Part shown: positions 62,832-64,000 of the stretch, one piece after another | Layout of the letters: each line of letters begins with the position of its first letter | Numbering within the stretch: the stretch's first letter is position 1 | Source of the DNA: Leucoraja erinacea | Lineage: Eukaryota | NCBI RefSeq assembly: GCF_028641065.1 | Contig: NC_073382.1 | Location: 7,316,001 to 7,380,000 of the forward strand | DNA length: 64,000 nt | Direction: 5' to 3' | Position numbers and translations under genes: made by a program | Notes under the pieces: generated by a model | Told to the model about the DNA's origin: nothing | What the model saw: only the letters and a program-made list of their open reading frames with translations | The model's database searches: none

Positions 62832-62936
62832 GTGATACTAGCTTTGGGTTATTATGCAGTGTTCAGAATGAAATTGACTGCAAAGGAACTTGAAGATCAA
62901 TATGATGGAGCTGTACAGATTACAACAGATTATGAG
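62832..62936 (+). CDS. TMEM131: TMEM131 coding exon (105 nt), VILALGYYAVFRMKLTAKELEDQYDGAVQITTDYE
   Basis: ctttgcag / gtaggg; last exon visible in the window. Confidence 0.95.
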
Positions 62937-63294
62937 GTAGGGTATATAATAGCACAGATAATGTAAAATTAGTATTTAAAAGCTTTAAACACTTTACAAG
63001 GGTTATTAAGTTTTAAATTGTGTGCATACTCAATCAAGCTGATTGTCACTCAAGTAGATAAATTGATCTATTCAGCTGAATCAAATCTTGATTTTAAATG
63101 AGTATAGAAAATTTCAAGTGATGCTCTTTTTTTGCCTATATCTTCTAATGGGCCGCTAATTGACTTTAAACTGTGTGCTATAAGGCCACATACATGGTAA
63201 GTACAAGCAGGAATACATTTGGTGAAGATGTAGTTCAGGTTCCATCTTATTCACGGATATGAATACAATATCTAAGCAGCTGAGAAACTCCATG

Positions 63295-63617
63295 TATGGA
63301 ATGGAATACTTTATTGTCACACATGACTAGGCACAGTGAAATTATTTACTTGCATACCCAATATATACAAATAGCAGCCATCTACGGTGCTGAAAAAGTT
63401 ACAAAGCACGCCGGTTCCTCCTTTTGTTTTCTCTTTCCCCCCCCCCCCACCGACAGTGGTTCCCCCATGTCGAGTCCCCATTCTCCTTTGTTCTCCCACC
63501 CTCCCCAATTATCCATTGTTCTCCCCCACCTCCCTCTCACGGTGGCCCCGCAAACCCCCCCCCCCCCCCACACACACACACGCCAGGTCCTCCATTGTTC
63601 TTCCCCTCTCTCCTCAT

Positions 63618-63654
<37 letters not shown>

Positions 63655-63900
63655 ACCCCCATGCCGTGTCTTCTATTGTTCCTCCCCTCCCCTTCACGGT
63701 GGTCCTCCACACTTTCATCGACCCACGAGGCCCCATCGTCACGATGCTTCACCGCTGTCGCCACCCGGACCCACTCCGTGGTGCCGACCTGGCCCTCCCC
63801 GCCCTGGGCTCAGTCGGCCGCTCCACCGACCCGGACTCTGATCCGTGACATCCGTCCCCTCTGTCTGACCCACGAGGCATCAAGACCGTGTAGGCTCCAT
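63295..63900 (-). mobile_element. GC-rich retroposon 3' end with C-rich low-complexity body
   Basis: (ATGGA)n tail, ctttattgtcac..cagtgaaatt 3' motif, poly-C tracts. Confidence 0.6.
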
Positions 63901-64000
63901 GTGTCAAGGTGAAGCCTAATTCTGTACTCGCCTGCCATCAAGTTGAATCTTCAAATCTAGGTTATAGACAAAAATGAAAATAGGTTGAGAATCAAATTTG

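Noticed and set aside
63296-63912. Proline-rich ORFs in all three + frames
   Set aside because: Poly-C low complexity inside a repeat; not TMEM131 sequence.

Overview
Eukaryotic (vertebrate) genomic DNA. The repeat families (tRNA-derived V-SINE/HE1-like SINEs, CR1, L2, Rex1/Babar, Penelope-derived palindromic repeats) suggest a cartilaginous fish, probably a skate or ray; this is inference. The window lies inside one + strand gene, TMEM131. Fifteen consecutive GT-AG coding exons (19627-62936, 1678 nt) splice in frame to a luminal segment from ..ASIHRRNCRPIRFEPPMLDFHEQ to ..GAVQITTDYE, matching the human TMEM131 sequence as I recall it. The 5' exons and the 3' half of the gene were not found in the window. 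Almost every ORF in the supplied track is spurious or a transposon fragment. The introns hold many LINE/SINE fragments, a full-length decayed IR/DR Tc1 transposon, a hAT MITE and nested insertions. Most notable observations: (1) a family of ~95-bp TSD-flanked retroposons that begin with a minimal hammerhead-ribozyme core (CUGAAGA..stem II..GAAACGUH), alongside Penelope GIY-YIG remnants; (2) a 1.2-kb nested inverted-repeat structure with a degenerate TTAGGG array inside; (3) inverted young CR1 copies bracketing two phase-0 exons, a circRNA candidate; (4) a sense-oriented L1 3' end that could act as an intronic poly(A) site. Exon, TIR and TSD coordinates were counted base by base; other repeat boundaries are approximate.
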